Positions 59,010 through 64,000 of a stretch of DNA of 64,000 nucleotides are shown in pieces. Origin of the DNA: Minisyncoccia bacterium (GTDB lineage Bacteria; Patescibacteriota; Minisyncoccia; 2-02-FULL-40-12; IGHO2-01-FULL-4-A). The notes beneath the pieces are model-generated. The model saw only the letters and a list, made by a program, of their open reading frames with translations, was not told where the DNA came from and ran no database searches. The translations under genes were made by a program, and so were the position numbers. The stretch is taken from NCBI GenBank assembly GCA_050015375.1, contig JBEKBN010000001.1, positions 34,683-98,682 of the forward strand, written 5' to 3'. Position 1 is the stretch's first letter. Every line of letters starts with the position of its first letter.

Positions 59010-61013
59010 CTAGTCCGCTGTCTTTTTCTCGGACAGCGGTTCAGTGGAGGTTTCGGTTGGCGATGTTTCCGGTGTGCCTGTGAGAGATATGAATCCGTCT
59101 TCGCGACGCTTCTCCCGCAGAAAATCCGGTATCTCCTCCGAGTCGGCGCCGAAATGATGCCGGGCCATGACGGATAGGGATTTTTGGATCCGTCCGTTGA
59201 TCGCGGCCAATTCTATCGGCTGATTTGAAGAAATCGGCCGGAAAAATTCGTCGGAGAAGTGGCCGATGGTTTTATCCACAAAAATCTTACTGTCCTCCAC
59301 GCGGAGAATAGCATTGGCCCAGGCCTTGATATCGCCCATACGCCACTCAAAGCCGAAGAAATAAAGTCCGGGCTTGGTGGTGATGAAATCAGCAAAGGCC
59401 TGCTTGTCTCGGAAAAGGTTTCTCACCTCCGGGCTTGATTCGAGAATCTCTTTGACGCGATGAGAAAGTTCCGCGTTTCTTACCGTGGCGAGAATCGACC
59501 AGATCCTCTTGTCGCGGAAGAGCTGGTCTTTGGGAATTGTCTTTCCAAGGTAGTCTCTGAGGAACGGCGCGGCCTTCAAGGTGCCGGTGGTCGCTTCAGT
59601 GATTGACATATTGTCGTGGCCATCGCCTGCGAAAGTCAAGACGAGGTGATAGTTACGGCCATCATTGCCCGTCCAGTCGCGGATGTGGACCGCACGCGAT
59701 CCTTTCTCGCCGGCGATCAGATCCTCGATGGAAATTTGTCCTTCAGTATCGAGTAGTTGGCATTGCGCCTTAAGCTCGGCGTCGAATGCCTCCTGTCGCT
59801 TGGCAACCTCATAGTAAGCGTGTTCCAAACTGATCTTGATAGGTGCAAAACCGATGGCAAGAAAATCGGGCTTGCCGTCACTGATCGTGATGGGAAGTTC
59901 ACGCTCGCTGTGCCAGGAAGTCTTGACCTTGTTGTCCTGTCTGTCGCGGAAGGTTTGGCGAAACATCACCTCGGCGGCGACGGTCGTCGTAGCTTTGATG
60001 GCCACTAACTTGTTGTTAGCGCGGCGGGTGATGACAATCTTTCCGACCGACGCTTCGTTTTCCCGAAAGAACATCGGGACAAAGGCGATGCGGCCAAGGC
60101 CGGTCGTTCTGATCAGGTCGTAGAACGATACTACACAGTCACCACTATCACTGGCTTCTTGTCGGATGTTCTCTTCCTTAGCTACAAAAGTAGCTGCGGA
60201 TTCGTTGCGTTGTTTCCAGTTTTGACTTTTGGCCTCTTTGATGGCCGCCTGGAGATTATCCAGAGCAGCAAACAAATTGACCACTTCACGGATGCGGACT
60301 CCTTCCGCATTGGGCAGAAAATACTGGCCATTGTTTAAGATAGGGACTATGCGCGATTCTGCATCTGTACCGTCATCGCGTTTGATAACGAGGTCGGAGT
60401 TGGTTGGCGGATTGAAAAAAATTCCGCCGGCGACACCTGCCTCGAGGATCTCGACGAGCTTATTGCTTGCTGATTTCGTGTCAATGCCAACATCACAATT
60501 TCCCTCGGGAATTCTGGCCAAGAGAGAGACAGCCAGCTTGATCCGCCGGTTGCGCTCTCCCATGCGGGCAACCACCGTAGGCTGTCTGAGAATAGCAGTT
60601 GAGATCTCCGTCCGACCGAGGTCGATCTCTGATTGCATCGTGGACACTGCGAGTTTAAAGATCTCCGGATTGACGTTGTTCTGGACGCCCTTGAGATCTG
60701 CAAGGTGTCCGGAAAGAATTCCGATCTCATTCTGCAAGTCGTCAATTTGTGTGGCAAGGTCGTCATCGCCTAGACTGCCGGCCTTGAGTCGAGCAATACG
60801 TTCGGTAATTCTCTGCTTGATCACATCGGTTGGCTCATTGGCCAGATCAGAAACAGCGGGCGCCACTAAAGAAATATTCGGTTGATCGGTAGACTGTGGC
60901 GACTGCATCCCAGGATCATTCTGGGTCGGTGAAACAAATGTAATTTCAGCCAACGGCTGATCGTTTTCGCCGACCACGGATCGGCGCAAATCAACTCCTC
61001 TTTTCTTAGACAT
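59010..61013 (-). CDS. large hypothetical protein (667 aa)
   Basis: Long uninterrupted ORF with GGGAGAG Shine-Dalgarno 8 nt upstream; N-terminal coiled-coil-like region; no recognisable catalytic motif. Confidence 0.45.
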   Translation of the reverse strand: MSKKRGVDLRRSVVGENDQPLAEITFVSPTQNDPGMQSPQSTDQPNISLVAPAVSDLANEPTDVIKQRITERIARLKAGSLGDDDLATQIDDLQNEIGILSGHLADLKGVQNNVNPEIFKLAVSTMQSEIDLGRTEISTAILRQPTVVARMGERNRRIKLAVSLLARIPEGNCDVGIDTKSASNKLVEILEAGVAGGIFFNPPTNSDLVIKRDDGTDAESRIVPILNNGQYFLPNAEGVRIREVVNLFAALDNLQAAIKEAKSQNWKQRNESAATFVAKEENIRQEASDSGDCVVSFYDLIRTTGLGRIAFVPMFFRENEASVGKIVITRRANNKLVAIKATTTVAAEVMFRQTFRDRQDNKVKTSWHSERELPITISDGKPDFLAIGFAPIKISLEHAYYEVAKRQEAFDAELKAQCQLLDTEGQISIEDLIAGEKGSRAVHIRDWTGNDGRNYHLVLTFAGDGHDNMSITEATTGTLKAAPFLRDYLGKTIPKDQLFRDKRIWSILATVRNAELSHRVKEILESSPEVRNLFRDKQAFADFITTKPGLYFFGFEWRMGDIKAWANAILRVEDSKIFVDKTIGHFSDEFFRPISSNQPIELAAINGRIQKSLSVMARHHFGADSEEIPDFLREKRREDGFISLTGTPETSPTETSTEPLSEKKTAD

Positions 61014-61345
61014 ATGCTTCTCTCCCGAAAACTTGTCAAAAGGATTGAACTACATTGAACAACACAGAACCAAACTAGACAAAATACGCCCTTATGAGAC
61101 ATTTTATCTTTCCCGTTTACCTCCTTTTCTTGTTAAATAACTGTCAGTTTACGGTGGTTATATTATATATCAAAACGATATCCAATGTCAAATTTCACCA
61201 TCAATACAAAAAACTGCTGATCTAGACAGCGGATTTGAGAAATTTCTCGGTTTTGATTTTTTCTCGGCGGCGGTTGTAGGATTTTTTGTCGGGGAGGGAA
61301 AAAGAGGGCTTAATTTTCAAATGGCCGCGGGGGATACGGAATTTT

Positions 61346-62470
61346 TTACTCGATTTTTTCGGGCTCATGCTTGATTTCGGGCTCATGGGCGGTTTCAGGT
61401 TCGTTTTTTTCTTCAACCGCTTCTCTTTTGCTTTGCAAGGTCAAAAGCATTTTATGTTCTTTGGGTTCGATGGTAACAATGGCCACTTTCTGCTTGTCGC
61501 CGATCTTCAGGACTTCGGACGGTTTTTTGTCGCCAAATTCCGATGTCGGGATCAAACCGGTGATCTCGCCGTCAAGCCGGATGAAAACGCCATAGTTCGT
61601 GATCCGGCCGACTTCGCCTTCCACCGTCTGGCCGACGGAATATCTTTCTTCGGCTTTGTCCCAGGGATTGGGTTTCAGGGCTTTCAATGACAAAGAAATT
61701 TTAGTGCCTTCGATGCTGATGATCTTGGTTTGAACCTTGTCGCCGGGTTTCAAAAAGTCGCGGGGATTGTCGATCAGCTTCCAATCGATCTCGGAAATGT
61801 GGATCAGACCTTCCAGCGAACCGGAAATTTTCACAAAGGCGCCGAAATCGGTAACATCGGTTATCTCACCCTCGACGACATCGCCGACCTGATATTTGCC
61901 GACTTCTTGTTTCAGCTGTTCGTCGTTAATGGCCCGCTCGGAAACAATGAGCCGGTTTTCTTCTTCCAGAAAATCAATTATCTTGACCTGGATCTCGGTG
62001 TTTCGCAATTTTTGCAATGCCTGGACGATCTTGGTGGTGTCGCCGCCGTCAATTTTCGGGTAATGCTCGGGCGACAATTGCGACAAAGGCAAAAATCCCT
62101 GAATGCCGTTCAGTTCGATGATCAGCCCACCCTTGTTGATGTTGACCACGCGGGTGGTAATGACCTCGCCGGAATCCTTTTTGTTTTTGATATCCTGCCA
62201 GGCGGTGGTCATCTGGGCGCGCTTGAGAGAGAGCTCGCGGTGGCCGTTCTCGTCTTCGATGTCAAGCAATATCGTCGAAACCCGTTGGTCGGCTTTGAGG
62301 GATTTCTGGAGATCGGTGTTATCGTAAAATTCGCCAGGATAAACCATGCCTGTGCCCAGCGCGCCGAGATCTATCAGCACCGAATTTTTGCTGACGCTCA
62401 AAATCTTGCCCTCGATGACCGAACCGGGTTTGGGCAATTCAAACTCGGTCTTGGCCATCAAGTCCTTCAT
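61346..62470 (-). CDS. rpsA: S1 RNA-binding domain protein (ribosomal protein S1-like, 4 S1 repeats)
   Basis: Four repeated ...G..V.G.V..I..FGAFV.L..G..GL.HISE... S1 motifs; acidic C-terminal tail. Start probably at internal ATG (MKDLMAKTEF). Confidence 0.7.
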   Translation of the reverse strand: MKDLMAKTEFELPKPGSVIEGKILSVSKNSVLIDLGALGTGMVYPGEFYDNTDLQKSLKADQRVSTILLDIEDENGHRELSLKRAQMTTAWQDIKNKKDSGEVITTRVVNINKGGLIIELNGIQGFLPLSQLSPEHYPKIDGGDTTKIVQALQKLRNTEIQVKIIDFLEEENRLIVSERAINDEQLKQEVGKYQVGDVVEGEITDVTDFGAFVKISGSLEGLIHISEIDWKLIDNPRDFLKPGDKVQTKIISIEGTKISLSLKALKPNPWDKAEERYSVGQTVEGEVGRITNYGVFIRLDGEITGLIPTSEFGDKKPSEVLKIGDKQKVAIVTIEPKEHKMLLTLQSKREAVEEKNEPETAHEPEIKHEPEKIE

Positions 62471-62549
62471 CGAAATAGCGCCCAGATTTGTTTGATGGGA
62501 AACAAGTTCCATAATGTAAAAGGAGTGTAACATGAATTTTTTTTGGCGT

Positions 62550-62578
62550 AAAGTGTGGGTTGAATCGGCATTTCGTTT
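62550..62578 (+). promoter_or_regulatory. sigma-70-like promoter with extended -10
   Basis: TTGAAT (62550-55), 17-nt spacer, TGcTATAAT (62570-78). Confidence 0.45.
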
Positions 62579-62590
62579 GTGCTATAATTA

Positions 62591-62667
62591 CTCTATGAAT
62601 CCCGTTAGAGAGCGTAGGCCAATATTGCGTTACTTGCCGATTGGCTTAGGTTATCTTATACGGGACT
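62591..62667. repeat. CCCGTTAGA...TCTAACGGG-family palindromic element (copy g) in 5' leader of MBL-fold gene
   Basis: CCCGTTAGAGAGCGTAGGCCAATATTGCGTTACTTGCCGATTGGCTTAGGTTATCTTATACGGGACTCTCTAACGGG; starts 13 nt after the -10 box, ends 10 nt before the ATG. Confidence 0.6.
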
Positions 62668-62677
62668 CTCTAACGGG

Positions 62678-63313
62678 ATGAATATCCAGTGGTATGGCCA
62701 ATCCTGTTTCCGGCTGGAGAGCAAAGGTTTGAGTATTTTGATCGACCCTTTTGTCAAGGATATCGGTCTGAAACCGCCCCGCCTGAACGACAATATTTAT
62801 CTGGTCAGCCACGACCATCCCGACCACAACAATGTCGCCGGTGCGGCCGAGGACGCGTTCATCGTCAAAGGCCCGGGCGAATACGAGAAATCTGGCGTGT
62901 ATATCGAGGGCATCCGGTCATTCCATGACAATGTTGAGGGCAAGGAGCGGGGACTCAATACGATCTACACGATCAAATTTGATGAAATCCACCTGTGCCA
63001 TCTGGGAGATATCGGACAAAACAAATTGACCGACGAGCAGATCGAAGCCATCGGCGACATTGATATTCTTTTCATACCGGTCGGCGGAACCTACACCATT
63101 GACGGCGCCCAAGCCGCTGACATGGTCAAAGAGATCGAGCCGAAGATCATTATCCCGATGCATTATAAAATCCCAGGTTTGAATATTAAAATAGACGGTC
63201 CCCAGAAATTTTTAAAAGAGATCGGATTGAAACCGGAAGAGAACGAGATTTTTAAGATCAATAAAAAAACATTGCCAATGGAAGAAATGAAATTGGTGAT
63301 GCTGAAAATATAA
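62678..63313 (+). CDS. MBL-fold metallo-hydrolase
   Basis: LVSHDHPDHNN (HxHxDH) plus downstream His/Asp ligands; 211 aa. Confidence 0.75.
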   Translation: MNIQWYGQSCFRLESKGLSILIDPFVKDIGLKPPRLNDNIYLVSHDHPDHNNVAGAAEDAFIVKGPGEYEKSGVYIEGIRSFHDNVEGKERGLNTIYTIKFDEIHLCHLGDIGQNKLTDEQIEAIGDIDILFIPVGGTYTIDGAQAADMVKEIEPKIIIPMHYKIPGLNIKIDGPQKFLKEIGLKPEENEIFKINKKTLPMEEMKLVMLKI

Positions 63314-63675
63314 TGAGAAAAAGCATTTGGCAGGAGATCAAAGAGCAACCACCCCACATTCGAGAAATTTTCATGTGGGTTTGTGTAGTGGCGATATTTT
63401 CGGTCATCGGTTTTTCCTGGTTCAGTTCGACGACAAAACAGTTTGCTCTCTTGGTGAATCCGGAGAATGCCCAGCCCAACGCCGACCAACTGGCTCAAAA
63501 TCAGGCCACTCCAACTTCGCCTTTCGCCACGATTTCAAAGTCATGGAGCGATTTAATGGCAAACATCGGCCAACTTTTCAATTTCACCCAAAAGACCAAC
63601 GATATTCGGATCGAGAATAAGAATTTACCGGAAGTGCCGCCAAATATTTTGCCGTTGTCGGGAGATAAGAAATAG
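63313..63675 (+). CDS. small membrane-anchored hypothetical protein
   Basis: One TM helix (IFMWVCVVAIFSVIGFSWF); overlaps the upstream stop. Confidence 0.4.
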   Translation: MRKSIWQEIKEQPPHIREIFMWVCVVAIFSVIGFSWFSSTTKQFALLVNPENAQPNADQLAQNQATPTSPFATISKSWSDLMANIGQLFNFTQKTNDIRIENKNLPEVPPNILPLSGDKK

Positions 63676-63765
63676 GAACAGCTGATAGCTAAGAGCTGAT
63701 AGACAATAGCTGAAAACAGATTGCTATTAGCCATGAGCTCTAAGCTATTAGCTGTATTTTGTTAA

Positions 63766-64000
63766 ATGGCCATTCTTAACGGGACAATAAAAAATCGGGA
63801 GATAAACCGCGAAATGCAGGAGTCGTATTTGGATTACGCCATGTCAGTCATCGTTGACCGCGCCCTGCCCGATATCCGCGACGGGATGAAGCCGGTCAAC
63901 CGGCGGATCTTATATTCAATGAACGAAATGGGGTTGAAGCACAACGCCCGTTACCGGAAGTCGGCGACGGTTGTCGGCTGGATCTTGGGCCGCTACCATC
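63766..64000 (+). CDS. gyrA: DNA gyrase subunit A, N-terminal fragment (3' end outside window)
   Basis: [57 protein letters not shown]... canonical GyrA N-terminus. Confidence 0.85.
   Translation, partial: MAILNGTIKNREINREMQESYLDYAMSVIVDRALPDIRDGMKPVNRRILYSMNEMGLKHNARYRKSATVVGWILGRYH

Noticed and set aside
61214-61240. CTGCTG-ATCTAGA-CAGCGG hairpin flanked by A/T tracts downstream of the S1-domain gene
   Set aside because: Imperfect 6-bp stem about 100 nt from the stop codon; plausible terminator but weak, not listed.
1-64000. CRISPR arrays and diversity-generating retroelement
   Set aside because: No short direct repeat/spacer array seen. No reverse-transcriptase-like ORF (no YxDD-containing RT motifs) and no template/variable repeat pair noticed.

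Overview
This 64-kb window looks like the chromosomal replication-origin neighbourhood of a small, streamlined bacterial genome. Gene content suggests a CPR/Patescibacteria-like organism, which is inference from content only. It carries the classic rpmH-rnpA-yidD-yidC-jag <-> dnaA-dnaN core, with DnaA-box clusters in both intergenic regions flanking dnaA, and ends in the start of gyrA. Housekeeping genes are the lnt 3' end, PBP1A, ruvC/yebC, ruvB, pilB/gspE-like ATPase, nusA, tig, rplS, an RluA-family synthase, ftsH, an S1-domain protein, mscL and seven tRNAs on the minus strand. Accessory content: (i) a type-IV-secretion-like block at 0.6-10.2 kb: VirB6/TrbL-like polytopic protein, small 2-TM protein, a VirB4-family ATPase apparently split into two in-frame ORFs by one TAA codon, a PD40 propeller protein and secreted repeat proteins. 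(ii) An AT-rich island at 22-29 kb: Fic/RhuM-like protein, TspO, a LexA-Dam methyltransferase fusion, and a tandemly duplicated two-gene module with a tiny conserved ORF. (iii) A tRNA cluster at 48.6-51.6 kb interleaved with three homing-endonuclease-like genes, plus a GIY-YIG gene flanked by perfect 19-bp inverted repeats next to tRNA-Arg. The feature no protein annotation explains is dense intergenic secondary structure. Two homologous ~215-255-nt structured elements (35586-35799 and 53431-53687) share conserved sequence blocks with variable hairpins and compensatory stem changes, and look like an undescribed multicopy ncRNA family. At least eight copies of a 65-85-nt palindromic element with conserved CCCGTTAGA / TCTAACGGG termini sit at gene boundaries. 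Further long inverted-repeat hairpins lie in the ruvB-pilB, PBP1A-ruvC and nusA-upstream spacers. No CRISPR array, rRNA or reverse transcriptase was seen. All calls come from reading the sequence and ORF translations by eye; no searches were run.
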